A stretch of 64,000 nt of DNA from Dehalococcoidia bacterium. Its GTDB lineage: Bacteria > Chloroflexota > Dehalococcoidia > UBA2979. The stretch is from the NCBI GenBank assembly GCA_963667515.2, contig CAXXXY010000007.1, positions 137,393 to 201,392 of the forward strand. The letters run 5' to 3'. Position 1 is the stretch's first letter. Each line of letters opens with the position of its first letter. The position numbers and the translations under genes are program-made. The notes under the pieces are model-generated. The model was given only the letters and a program-made list of their open reading frames with translations. It did not search any database and was not told the DNA's origin. Shown here one piece after another: positions 35,097-46,652 of the stretch.

Positions 35097-37343
35097 GTGA
35101 GTGACGCCGCCCCGCGCTTCACCCCGCGCCGCGTCGTGCTGCTGGGCTTGGTGCTGGCCGCTGCGCTCGTCGCCGTGCTGTTCCCGTGGTTCCCCGGCAC
35201 CGAGCAGCTGACCGAGGGCACCCCCGCGCCGCGCACGATCGCGGCCCCGCGCGAGGCGAGCTTCGAGTCCGCGGCGCTGACCGAGGCGCTGCGCGAGGAG
35301 GCGGCGGCGGCCGTGCCCGAGGTCTTCCTGTTGGACCCCGGCGTGCGCGACACGCAGCTGCGCACGCTCGACCGCCAGCTCGCGGCGATCGACGGTGCGC
35401 GCCGCGACCGCACCCTCGCCGACTCCGCGCGCGAGTCCGAGATCCGCGCGATCGAGGACGTGGTGCTCTCGTCGCGCGCGGCCGCCGCGTTCGCCGCCGC
35501 CGACGATGCGCGCTGGCAGGCGCTCGCCGACGAGGCGCGCAACGCGCTGGGCCGCGCGCTCACGGGCGCCGTCTCCGCCGACGATCTGCAGGGCGCGCGG
35601 ACCCGCGCCGCGGGCTTCCTCTCGCCGCTGCTCACCGCGGACCAGGTGCTGGCGCTCAGCGAGCTGCTGAACCCGCTGGTCGTGCCCACGCTGGTCGTGG
35701 ACCGCGAGCGCACCGAGCTGCTGCGCGACGAGGCGCGCGCCGGCCAGCTCGCCGTCGTCGTGAGCTACGCGCGCGGCGAGCCCGTGCTGACGGAGGACGA
35801 GCCGATCACCGCGGCGCAGCTGGAGGCGCTGGAGGCGCTCGACCTCGTCACCACGGGCGTGCGCGCGGAGTCCGTGGCGGCGACCGTGCTGGTGGCGCTG
35901 CTCGCGGCCGCGGCCCTCGGCGGCTACCTGCTCGTGGAGCAGCCGGTGAGCGTGGCGGGGGCGCGGCGGCTGGTGCTGCTGGGCCTGCTGCTGCTGGTGC
36001 CCGCGCTCGTGGCGAAGTTCGGCCTGCCGCTGGTGCTCCCGGACGAGGAGCGCCACTTCCTGGCGCACGCGCTGCCGCTGGCGGCGGCGCCGCTGGCGGC
36101 AGCCGTGCTGCTGGACGTGCCGATCGCCGTGCTGCTGGCGGCGCTGGTGGCGGCGATCACCTCGCTCGTCGCGCTCGAGCTGCCGGGCGTCGAGGGCGGC
36201 GGCGTCGCGACGCCGGTGGAGGCGACGCGGCTCTCGCTGGCGGTGCTCGCGGCCTCGCTGGGCGGCATCCTGCCGGCCGCCCATGCGGAGCGGCAGCAGC
36301 GCTACCTGATGGCGGGCATCGGCGCGGGCATCGCGGGGGCGGCCGCCGTGCTGCTGACATGGCTGCTCGACGCCGAGCGCGAGAGTGTCGACCTGCTCTG
36401 GATCGGCGCGACGACGATGGTGGGCGGCGTGCTGGCCGCGCTGATCGCCGTGGGCGCCTTCGTCGTGCTGGCGCGGCCCTTCGGCATCATCACCCGCGTG
36501 GAGCTGATGGAGCTCGCGCAGCTCAACAACCCGCTGCTCAGGCGGCTGCAGGACGAGGCGCCCGGCACCTTCCAGCACTCGGTGCTGGTCGGCAACCTCG
36601 CGGAGCGCGCGGCCGACCGCATCGGCGCGAACCCGCTGGTCGCGCGCGTTGGCGCCTACTACCACGACGTCGGCAAGCTCGTGGCGCCCGGCTTCTTCGT
36701 CGAGAACCAGGCCGGCGAGAGCCCGCACGAGGGGCTGGACCCGCTGCAGAGCACGCGCGTGATCCAGCAGCACGTCACGGGCGGCGTGGAGATCGCGCGC
36801 AAGGCCGGGCTGCCCGAGGCGATCGTGCAGTTCATCCCCCAGCACCACGGCACGCGGCTGGTGGCCTACTTCTACCGTCGCGCCGCTGAGGTGAACCCCG
36901 GCATCGACCCCGAGCTGTTCCGCTACCCCGGCCCCCGACCGCGCAGCCGCGAGGCGGCGCTGGTGATGCTCGCCGACGGCTGCGAGGCGACGGTGCGCGC
37001 CAGCGCCGACCACTCCCCCGAGCGCATCCGCGAGATCATCGAGGGGTTGGTGCGCGAGCGTATCGAGGAGGGCCAGTTCGACGACTGCCCGATCTCGCTG
37101 CGCGACCTGCGCGTCACCGGCGACTCGTTCGTCTCGGCGCTTGCGGCGGTGTTCCATCCCCGCGTCGAGTATCCGCAGCCCACCGAACGCGAGCGCGCGG
37201 AGCGCCGCGTGCCGGCGCCGCCGGAGCGCGGGGGCGACGGCGCCGCCGCGGAGGCGCGCGGCGCCGCTGGTGAGGCGCCGGCCTCGCCGCCCGCGCCTGC
37301 CCCGACCCCGCCTCGACGCGAGCGCGGCGAGGACGACGCCTAG
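35097..37343 (+). CDS. pgpH: 7TM-receptor HD-domain phosphohydrolase (PgpH/YqfF-like)
   Basis: Extracellular region, 7 TM helices, then an HD domain (FQHSVLVGNLAERAA..AYYHDVGKL..IPQHHGT). Confidence 0.8.
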   Translation: MSDAAPRFTPRRVVLLGLVLAAALVAVLFPWFPGTEQLTEGTPAPRTIAAPREASFESAALTEALREEAAAAVPEVFLLDPGVRDTQLRTLDRQLAAIDGARRDRTLADSARESEIRAIEDVVLSSRAAAAFAAADDARWQALADEARNALGRALTGAVSADDLQGARTRAAGFLSPLLTADQVLALSELLNPLVVPTLVVDRERTELLRDEARAGQLAVVVSYARGEPVLTEDEPITAAQLEALEALDLVTTGVRAESVAATVLVALLAAAALGGYLLVEQPVSVAGARRLVLLGLLLLVPALVAKFGLPLVLPDEERHFLAHALPLAAAPLAAAVLLDVPIAVLLAALVAAITSLVALELPGVEGGGVATPVEATRLSLAVLAASLGGILPAAHAERQQRYLMAGIGAGIAGAAAVLLTWLLDAERESVDLLWIGATTMVGGVLAALIAVGAFVVLARPFGIITRVELMELAQLNNPLLRRLQDEAPGTFQHSVLVGNLAERAADRIGANPLVARVGAYYHDVGKLVAPGFFVENQAGESPHEGLDPLQSTRVIQQHVTGGVEIARKAGLPEAIVQFIPQHHGTRLVAYFYRRAAEVNPGIDPELFRYPGPRPRSREAALVMLADGCEATVRASADHSPERIREIIEGLVRERIEEGQFDDCPISLRDLRVTGDSFVSALAAVFHPRVEYPQPTERERAERRVPAPPERGGDGAAAEARGAAGEAPASPPAPAPTPPRRERGEDDA

Positions 37344-37478
37344 ACCCGTCGCCGCGCCCACGCCCGTGCCCCGCCCACGCCGCCGCGCGGCTCGCCGGGC
37401 CGCTACCCGCGGCGCTCGCTATCATCGCGAGGTGCGCCGGGCGGCAGCTCGGCGCGAGGGCATGGCGGGACGCGGGGG

Positions 37479-38201
37479 GTGGCTGTGCGCGCGGCGGTCG
37501 TCGTCTTCCCCGGCACCTGGAGCGACGGCGACTGCGTGCACGCGCTCGGCACGGTCGGCACCGACTCGCGCCGCGTCTGGCACCGCGAGACGCAGATCGA
37601 CCGCGACGAGCTCGTCGTGCTGCCGGGCGGCTTCTCCTACGGCGACTACCTGCGCTGCGGGGCGATCGCGCGCTTCTCGCCGGTGATGGCGGCGGTGCGC
37701 TCGCACGCCGAGGCCGGTGGCCTGGTGATCGGGATCTGCAACGGCTTCCAGGTGCTGTGCGAGGCGGGGCTGCTCCCCGGCGCGCTGATGCGCAACGACT
37801 CGCTGGAGTTCCGCTGCGAGGACGTGCGCCTGGCCGCCGCCAGCGATCGCTCCCCCTTCACGCGCGGCATCGAGCGCGGGCGGCCGCTGCGCATGCCGAT
37901 CTCCCACGGCGAAGGCAACTACTACGCGGACGCGGCCACGCTCGACCGGCTGGAGGCGGAGCGGCGCGTCGCCTTCCGCTACGTGGACGCGACGGGCCGC
38001 GCCAGCGCCGAGGCGAACCCCAACGGCTCGCTGCGTAACATCGCGGGCGTGCTGAACGAGGGCGGGAACGTGCTGGGGCTGATGCCGCACCCCGAGCGCG
38101 CCTGCGAGGCACTGCTGGGCGGTGACGACGGCAACGCGATCTGGCGCTCGCTGCTCGCCGCGGCGCCGGCCACCCGCGCGACCACGCCGACCCCTCGCTG
38201 A
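37479..38201 (+). CDS. purQ: FGAM synthase glutamine amidotransferase subunit
   Basis: VVVFPGTWSD, LPGGFSYGDYLR, GICNGFQVL (catalytic Cys), LGLMPHPER. Confidence 0.9.
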   Translation: MAVRAAVVVFPGTWSDGDCVHALGTVGTDSRRVWHRETQIDRDELVVLPGGFSYGDYLRCGAIARFSPVMAAVRSHAEAGGLVIGICNGFQVLCEAGLLPGALMRNDSLEFRCEDVRLAAASDRSPFTRGIERGRPLRMPISHGEGNYYADAATLDRLEAERRVAFRYVDATGRASAEANPNGSLRNIAGVLNEGGNVLGLMPHPERACEALLGGDDGNAIWRSLLAAAPATRATTPTPR

Positions 38202-38225
38202 GACCCCCCGAGCCCGCTCGCACGG

Positions 38226-38861
38226 GTGCATGCTACGCTCGTCACCGCCCACACAGCGAGGAGGTGTCTCGGGGCAGCCGAGATCGCCGCGACCGGCCAC
38301 CCGGTCCGCTTCGACGTCGAGTACCCGGAGGGCGTCACCCGCTGGATGATCCTCGTGCGCTGGATCCTCGCGATCCCGCAGCTCTTCGTCGGGAACCTCC
38401 TCGGCGAGCTCGCGCGACTCCTCACCTTCTTCGCGTTCTTCGCAGTGCTCTTCACGCGGCGCTACCCGCGGGGGATGTTCATGCTGGCGGTGGGCTGCCT
38501 GCGCTGGTAGTACAACGTCTTCGCGTACGTGCTCTTCCACGACGCGCCGTACCCGCCGTTCTCCTTCGACGCGGGCCACTACCCGCACCTCGTCTTCGAC
38601 GTGCCGCCCCGCGAGGAGTTCAACCGCTGGCTGCCGCTCGTGAAGTGGCTGCTGGCCGTGCCGCACTACCTCGTGCTGGCGCTGCTGCTCGCCGTGGGGA
38701 TCTTCGTGTGGCTGTTCGCGGCGATCGCGCTGCTTGTCACGGGCACGTTCCCGCGCGGCGCCTTCGACTACCTCGCGGGCGTCGGCCGCTGGGGCGCGCG
38801 GGTCACCGCCTACGTCTACCTGATGGTGGACGAGTACCCGCCGTTCTCGATGAAGGCGTAG
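38226..38861 (+). pseudogene. DUF4389-like double-repeat membrane protein interrupted by an in-frame TAG (38508-38510)
   Basis: ORFs 38226-38510 and 38529-38861 share one frame. Together they align with the intact paralogue at 46653-47285 (RRYPRGMF..LRW-stop-YNVFAY versus QKYPRWWF..LRFQSRVGAY; NRWLPLVKWLL in both). Confidence 0.7.
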
Positions 38862-38985
38862 CCGTCGAGGCGCGCACGCCCGCCTCGATCGCCGCCTCGA
38901 TCGCCGCTACCGGCGGGGCGGGCTACGCTCGCGCCATTCGCGGCGGGAGGGCCCTCCCCGAGACGCGACGAGGCACGCGGTGCGC

Positions 38986-41319
<2,334 letters not shown>

Positions 41320-41432
41320 CGGCGCGGCCTCGCCGCGGTAGCATCGAGCGATGCGCAGGGCACGCCTCGGCGGAGTGGCGCTCCTCGCCGCGCGCCCTGC
41401 TCGCACGCGGACCCGGCATCCCCTACCTCATC

Positions 41433-41918
41433 GTGCTCGACGACGTGCCCGAGCTGCTGCGGCTGATGAACGGGCTCGACCCCGTGGCGGCCACCGAGGT
41501 CGCGGCGCTGCTCGATCGCCCCGCGGGCTTCGAGGCGATCCGCCTCTGCTGCGCGGGCTGGGAGCAGGAGCTCGCGGCGCGCATGTCGACGCGGCCCGTC
41601 GCACTGACGCTCTGCTGGCGCGCACGGCCCGCCGGCGCGCCGGACTGCGAGGGCGAGGGCGTGCAGCGCGGCGCCCTCTACCCCGCGACGCCCGAGCGGC
41701 CGGCGTGGGTGCTGCTTCGCAACGTGGAGACCTCGCCGGCGAGCGTCCGCCGGCCGAGCGCCGAGGCGCTCGCGATCCTGGAGCGCCACGGCGTCCCGAC
41801 CCGAGTCGAGCAGCGGGTCGCGCCGTCGCCTCCCGTCGCTGCGGCCGCTGCCGTCGCGCTGCTGGCCGCGCTCGTCGCCGCGCGGCGGGCCGTCGGCCGC
41901 GACAGAACAAACGTTTGA
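41433..41918 (+). CDS. Hypothetical protein (C-terminal hydrophobic anchor)
   Basis: GC3-biased frame. The frame stays open upstream of GTG 41433 without a canonical start, so the N-terminus is uncertain. Confidence 0.45.
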   Translation: MLDDVPELLRLMNGLDPVAATEVAALLDRPAGFEAIRLCCAGWEQELAARMSTRPVALTLCWRARPAGAPDCEGEGVQRGALYPATPERPAWVLLRNVETSPASVRRPSAEALAILERHGVPTRVEQRVAPSPPVAAAAAVALLAALVAARRAVGRDRTNV

Positions 41919-41943
41919 CAGAAGGCGCACGCCTGTTCTAGCA
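41914..41943 (+). promoter_or_regulatory. Sigma-70-type promoter (TTGACA-N18-TAGCAT) upstream of rplI
   Basis: -35 at 41914-41919. -10 at 41938-41943. Followed by a leader of about 240 nt. Confidence 0.55.
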
Positions 41944-42191
41944 TGCTCGGCACGCTCGCCCCGGGGAGAGGAGGCGCGGTGCCGTCGGCGGCCGGTCGTT
42001 TGCCCGGGCAGCAGCTCGCGGCTACGCTGGGTTGTCGTTCCACAGAGCCGTCCACGTCGACCGCATCGCGCAGGTAGCCCCCGCTCCTGTCGAATGTGGA
42101 AACGGTGTTGGATAAGGGTGATGTGCGGCACCGGGCCCCCACCTACCGTGGGCTGCGTCCCGGCTCCGACACGCCGAGAGGGTGAGCCGAG

Positions 42192-42890
42192 GTGAAGGTC
42201 GTCTTCCTGGAGACGGTGGAGGGTTCCGGCACCATGGGCGAGGTGAAGACCGTCGCCAATGGATACGCCCGGAACTATCTGTTGCCGCGCGGCCTAGCCG
42301 CACCGGCGACCGTTTCCCTCCTGCTGCAGGCTGAAGAGCTCGCACGGGTGGAGGAGGAGCGCCAGCAGGCACAGGACGAGAGTGCGCTCGGGCTGGCTCG
42401 CCGGCTCGAAGGGCACCCACTCGTGATGGCCGTTCGCGTCGGCGAGCAAGGGCGATTGTACGGATCGGTTACCAGTGCCGACCTTGCCGAGAAGGCTGGG
42501 GAGATTCTCGGCAGGGAACTGGACCGCCGTCGCGTCCTTCTGCCCGAGGTGATTCGGCAGGTGGGGGTGCACTCCGTGCCTCTCCGGCTCTCACGTAACG
42601 TGGTGCCGGAGGTGCAGGTGGTGGTGGTGGACGCCGAGGCGCCGGAAGGCGTCGAGGCCGCCGTCGAGGCGATGCTCCGCATCGCGTCGGGGGAGGCCGA
42701 TTCGGCCGAGGCCGCACCCGCCGAGGAGTCGCCCGCCGCGGAGCTGCCGGCCGCCGAAGGCGCGTCGGGGTCGGGAACTCCCGATGACGAGGCGGGTGGC
42801 CAGGCCGGATCGGCCTCCCCCGACGCCCAGGCCGAGCCGATCGCCGAGGCACCTCGGGCAGACGGCGCCGAGCCCGAGCCCTCGAGCTAG
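42192..42890 (+). CDS. rplI: 50S ribosomal protein L9 with long acidic C-terminal extension
   Basis: MKVVFLETVEGSGTMGEVKTVANGYARNYLLPRGLA. About 85 extra Ala/Glu/Pro-rich residues at the C-terminus. Confidence 0.88.
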   Translation: MKVVFLETVEGSGTMGEVKTVANGYARNYLLPRGLAAPATVSLLLQAEELARVEEERQQAQDESALGLARRLEGHPLVMAVRVGEQGRLYGSVTSADLAEKAGEILGRELDRRRVLLPEVIRQVGVHSVPLRLSRNVVPEVQVVVVDAEAPEGVEAAVEAMLRIASGEADSAEAAPAEESPAAELPAAEGASGSGTPDDEAGGQAGSASPDAQAEPIAEAPRADGAEPEPSS

Positions 42891-42892
42891 CC

Positions 42893-44335
42893 ATGGTCAC
42901 GGATGGACGTCTGGCCGCCCTTCGGCCGGACGCACAGACCCGCTCAGCGAGCGGGCTGCCGCCGCATGACGTCGCCGCCGAAGAGGCGGTGATCGCGGCG
43001 CTGCTGCTGGACGACGACGCCTACGCGCGCGTGCTCCCGCTGGTCCAGCCCGAGGACTTCTTCCGCGAGCAGAACCGCTGGTGCTTCGAGGCGGCGCTGA
43101 CCCTCGCCGAGCGCTCCGAGCCCGTCACGCTGACCACGCTCGCGCACGAGCTGGAGCGCGAGGGCCGGCTGGAGGCCGCCGGCGGCGAGCCCTACCTCGC
43201 CGAGGTGCAGGGCAAGCACTTCACCGCGCTCGGCGTGGAGGCGCACGCCCGCATCGTCGCCCGCGACGCGCTCTACCGCCGGCTGATCCAGGCGGCCTCG
43301 CAGATCGCGCAGATGGCCTTCGCCGGCGGGCCCGAGGTGCGCCCCGTCCTGACCGCGGCGGAGGCGCTGCTGCTGGGCGTGCGCACGGCCGAGGCGGCCG
43401 GCGACTTCACGCGGCTGCGCGAGCTGCTCGACCGCTTCCTCGAGGACCCGGGCGAGCAGGTGGAGGGCCAGCTCGCGGAGGGCGTGCGCTCCGGCTTCAT
43501 GGACCTCGACGAGCTGCTGGGCGGCTTCAAGCGCGGCGACCTGGTGATCCTCGCGGCGCGCACCGGTGTGGGGAAGTCGGCGCTGCTGCTCAACCTCGCG
43601 CGCAACGCCGCGGCTGGGCAGCACGGGACCGTCGCGATCTTCTCGCTCGAGATGTCGGGCGAGCAGCTCGCGACGCGGCTGCTCTCGGCGGAGTCCGACG
43701 TCACCTCCACCCGGCTTCGCATCGGCACGCACGTCGAGGCCGAGGAGGCGCGGATCATGCACGCGATGGGGGTGCTGGGCGAGGCCTCCATCTACATCGA
43801 CGACTCGGCGATGCTCTCCGTCCCCGAGATCCGAGCCAAGCTCCGCCGGCTGCAGGCGGACGCCGGCCTCGACCTCGTGGTCGTCGACTACCTGCAGCTG
43901 CTGCACGGCAGCGGTCGCGCCGATACGCGGGCCGGCGAGATCAGCCAGATCACGCGCGCCCTGAAGGAGCTGGCGCGCGAGCTGCACGTGCCGGTCGTCG
44001 CGGCCGCCCAGCTCTCGCGCGCCGTCGAGCAGCGCACGCCGCACATCCCGATGCTCTCCGACCTGCGCGAGTCCGGCTCGATCGAGCAGGACGCGGACGT
44101 GGTGATGTTCATCTACCGCGAGGACGTCTACGTGAAGCCCGACGAGTGGCAGCGCCAGAACCCGGAGGCGCCCGGCGGGCAGCACCCCGCGGGTCTGGCG
44201 CAGATCATCGTGGCGAAGCACCGCAACGGGCCCACCGGCACCGTCTCCGTGCGCTTCGTGGATCGCACCGCCTCGTTCCAGGATCTCCTGCTGCGCATGG
44301 AGGAGCCGGCCGGCGGCGCCGGGCCCGACTGGTGA
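42893..44335 (+). CDS. dnaB: Replicative DNA helicase
   Basis: PPHDVAAEEAVIAALLL, Walker A ARTGVGKSALLLNLA, VVVDYLQLL, SDLRESGSIEQDADVV. Confidence 0.92.
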   Translation: MVTDGRLAALRPDAQTRSASGLPPHDVAAEEAVIAALLLDDDAYARVLPLVQPEDFFREQNRWCFEAALTLAERSEPVTLTTLAHELEREGRLEAAGGEPYLAEVQGKHFTALGVEAHARIVARDALYRRLIQAASQIAQMAFAGGPEVRPVLTAAEALLLGVRTAEAAGDFTRLRELLDRFLEDPGEQVEGQLAEGVRSGFMDLDELLGGFKRGDLVILAARTGVGKSALLLNLARNAAAGQHGTVAIFSLEMSGEQLATRLLSAESDVTSTRLRIGTHVEAEEARIMHAMGVLGEASIYIDDSAMLSVPEIRAKLRRLQADAGLDLVVVDYLQLLHGSGRADTRAGEISQITRALKELARELHVPVVAAAQLSRAVEQRTPHIPMLSDLRESGSIEQDADVVMFIYREDVYVKPDEWQRQNPEAPGGQHPAGLAQIIVAKHRNGPTGTVSVRFVDRTASFQDLLLRMEEPAGGAGPDW

Positions 44336-45213
44336 GCGCGCCTGCCCCGCGGGCGACGCCGCCGGGCGCGCCCGCCGACGCGACGCCTGTCGCGCGGCCG
44401 CACGAGGGCGCGGCGGCGAGCCCCGACGACCCGGGCGCCGGGGGGTGGCGCTTCCCGGGCTTCGTCACGGGGGGCGGCGCCGTGGCGCTGCCGCGCGAGC
44501 TGTTCGTCGAGCTGCTGCCACGCATCGAGGAGGAGGGCGAGCTGCGCGCGACGCTCTACGCGCTGGCGGCGGCGGCGCGGCCGGGCTCGCCCCCCGGCGT
44601 GCGGCGCTCGCAGCTGCTCGGGGAGCGGCCGCTGCTCGCGCAGTTCGAGCGGCTGGCGCCCGGCGAGGCGAGCGCCGCCGCCGAGGCCGCGCTGGCGCGC
44701 GCGGCCCAGCGCGGCTCGCTGCTGGCGGTCGAGCTGGCGGACGGCGATCTGCTCTACCTCGCGCACGCCGAGGCGGGGCGGCGGCAGCGCGAGCGGATGC
44801 TCGCGGGCACGCTGGCGCCGCCGCCGCCGCCGCCGGGGTGGCGCGTGGGCGCACACGAGCGCGCCGGCTCCCCGCGGGCGGCGGCGGTGGCGGAGAGCGC
44901 CGGGCCCGCGGGTGCGGCCGCCGCCTACGAGCGCGAGATCGGGATGCTGACGCCCGCGGTCGCGGAGGCGCTGGCCGAGGCGGAGACGCGCTACCCGGCG
45001 CGCTGGATCGAGGAGGCGCTGCGCGAGGCGGCGCTGCACAACGCGCGCTCCTGGGCGTACGCCCAGGCCGTGCTGCGGCGCTGGGAGGCCGAGGGCCGCG
45101 GCGACCTCGACGCCGCGCCCGCGGGGACAGGGGAAGGGGGAGGCGATGCGAGCGCTGGGCGAGATCCTGGGCGCGACCCGTACCAGCGGGTCGTCCGCCG
45201 TTCCTGGCCCTAG
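44332..45213 (+). CDS. DnaD-domain-like replication protein
   Basis: C-terminal block YPARWIEEALREAALHNARSWAYAQAVLRRWEAEG resembles the DnaD/DnaB_2 domain. GTGA overlap with dnaB. Confidence 0.55.
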   Translation: MSAPAPRATPPGAPADATPVARPHEGAAASPDDPGAGGWRFPGFVTGGGAVALPRELFVELLPRIEEEGELRATLYALAAAARPGSPPGVRRSQLLGERPLLAQFERLAPGEASAAAEAALARAAQRGSLLAVELADGDLLYLAHAEAGRRQRERMLAGTLAPPPPPPGWRVGAHERAGSPRAAAVAESAGPAGAAAAYEREIGMLTPAVAEALAEAETRYPARWIEEALREAALHNARSWAYAQAVLRRWEAEGRGDLDAAPAGTGEGGGDASAGRDPGRDPYQRVVRRSWP

Positions 45214-46621
45214 CCCCGAGGCCGGCGCCGAGGCGGGCTCTGTGGCCGGCCCCGTGGCGAGCGCGAGCGCCGAGGAGCGCTGCCCGCTGTGCGACGGCGC
45301 CCGCTTCGTGCGGGTGACGGCCGATCCCGCGCACCCCGACTTCGGGCAGCCGATGCCGTGCGCCTGCGCCGCGCGCGAGGACGAGCGCGCCCGCCTGCAG
45401 CGGCTGCTGCGCTACTCGCGCCTCGGCGCACTGGCGCGCTTCACCTTCGACACGCTCCTGCGCACGGGCCGCTCCTCGGACGCGGTCGGGCGCGAGCGCT
45501 ACACGCTCGCGGTGGAGGCGGCCGAGCGCTACGCCGAGCAGCCCGAGGGCTGGCTGGTGCTCACCGGCGCGCCCGGCTGCGGCAAGACGCACATCGCCGC
45601 CGCCATTGCGACGCGCGCCATCGAGCGCGGGCGGCCGGCGCTCTTCCTCACGGTCGCCGACCTGCTCGACCGGCTGCGGGCCGGCTACGGCGACGACGCC
45701 GACGTCGGCTACGACGAGCTGCTGGCCGAGGTGCGCGAGGCGCCGCTGCTCGTGCTCGACGACCTCGACTCCTTCGCGGGCACGCCGTGGGCGCGCGAGA
45801 AGTTCTTCCAGGTGGTGTCGCACCGCTTCAACGCGCTCGCGTCCACGGTCTTCACCTGCGTGCGGCCGCCCGCCGAGATCGACGCGCGGCTGGGGGCGCG
45901 GCTCACCGATCCGCAGATCTCGCAGATCTGGGACCTCGCCGAGCCCTCGGCGCCGCGCTACGTCGCGGTCGGCGGGATGGCCGCGGAGCGCCTCGCCGAG
46001 TTCACCTTCGAGAGCTTCCGCCCCGGCGGGCACGGGCTGCGCGGCGAGGCGCGGCGCAACCTGGAGGGCGCCTTCCGCCTCGCGCACCACTGGGCGGAGA
46101 GCCCGGACGGCTGGCTGGTGCTGCAGGGCGGGCCGGGCTGCGGCAAGACGCACCTGGCCGCCGCGATCGCCAACCACCGGCTCGCCGCGGGCGACGCGGT
46201 CTGCTTCGCGAGCGTGCCGGACCTGCTCGATGAGCTGCGCGCGAGCTACGCCCCCGACGCCGGCCAGCGCTTCGACGCGCTCTTCCGCCGACTGCTGGAG
46301 GTGACGCTGCTGGTGCTCGACGACCTCGGCGCCCATCACTCCAGCCCGTGGGCGGAGGAGAAGCTCTACCAGTTGCTGAACCACCGCTACCTAGGGCGCA
46401 TGGCGACGGTGGTCACGCGCAACAGCGACCCGGGCGGCGGCGCGGGTCACGCGGCCGGCGCCGAGGGCGGGCGTGGGCGCGGCCGCGCGCGGCGCAGCTC
46501 GGGCGCGGACCGCGCGGGCGGTGACCTGGAGCCGCGCATCCGCTCGCGGCTCGCCGACCTGCAGGTCGCGACGAACTACGAGATCGGGGCGCCGGACTAC
46601 CGCGTAGGCGATGTAAGCTAG
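45146..46621 (+). CDS. DnaI/DnaC-like helicase loader with two tandem AAA+ modules
   Basis: N-terminal Cys cluster CPLCDGARF..PMPCAC. Module 1 has WLVLTGAPGCGKTHIAAAIA..LLVLDDLD. Module 2 has WLVLQGGPGCGKTHLAAAIA..LLVLDDLG. GGGGGAGG precedes the ATG. Confidence 0.75.
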   Translation: MRALGEILGATRTSGSSAVPGPSPEAGAEAGSVAGPVASASAEERCPLCDGARFVRVTADPAHPDFGQPMPCACAAREDERARLQRLLRYSRLGALARFTFDTLLRTGRSSDAVGRERYTLAVEAAERYAEQPEGWLVLTGAPGCGKTHIAAAIATRAIERGRPALFLTVADLLDRLRAGYGDDADVGYDELLAEVREAPLLVLDDLDSFAGTPWAREKFFQVVSHRFNALASTVFTCVRPPAEIDARLGARLTDPQISQIWDLAEPSAPRYVAVGGMAAERLAEFTFESFRPGGHGLRGEARRNLEGAFRLAHHWAESPDGWLVLQGGPGCGKTHLAAAIANHRLAAGDAVCFASVPDLLDELRASYAPDAGQRFDALFRRLLEVTLLVLDDLGAHHSSPWAEEKLYQLLNHRYLGRMATVVTRNSDPGGGAGHAAGAEGGRGRGRARRSSGADRAGGDLEPRIRSRLADLQVATNYEIGAPDYRVGDVS

Positions 46622-46652
46622 CGGCGCGGCAGACTAGGGAGGGCAGCCTTCG

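Noticed and set aside
38508-38510. In-frame TAG as pyrrolysine or programmed recoding.
   Set aside because: There are no pyl genes or recoding signals in the window. TAG is the commonest genuine stop here, and a single CAG-to-TAG change relative to the paralogue is the simpler explanation.
38500-38515. 9-nt identity (GGTAGTACA) between the in-frame TAG site of the DUF4389 gene and the right end of the IS.
   Set aside because: A 9-mer match somewhere in 64 kb on two strands is about what chance predicts. No second IS end or CTAG duplication lies nearby.
41941-42190. tRNA or other structured RNA gene in the lower-GC gaps (9640-9740, 30000-30170, 41941-42190).
   Set aside because: No T-loop (GGTTCGA-type) or acceptor-stem pairing was found by eye. 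Only the SAM-I element at 9744-9868 matched a known RNA family.
43081-45213. Long composite ORFs whose 5' parts run out of frame through an upstream gene: 43081-45213, 33242-34534, 16440-17846, 17901-19304, 4727-6316 and 14319-15092.
   Set aside because: Only the 3' portions match real proteins (DnaD-like, S21, JAMM, FolK, GatD, carrier 3). I trimmed the starts to plausible GTG/ATG codons next to upstream stops or Shine-Dalgarno-like runs.
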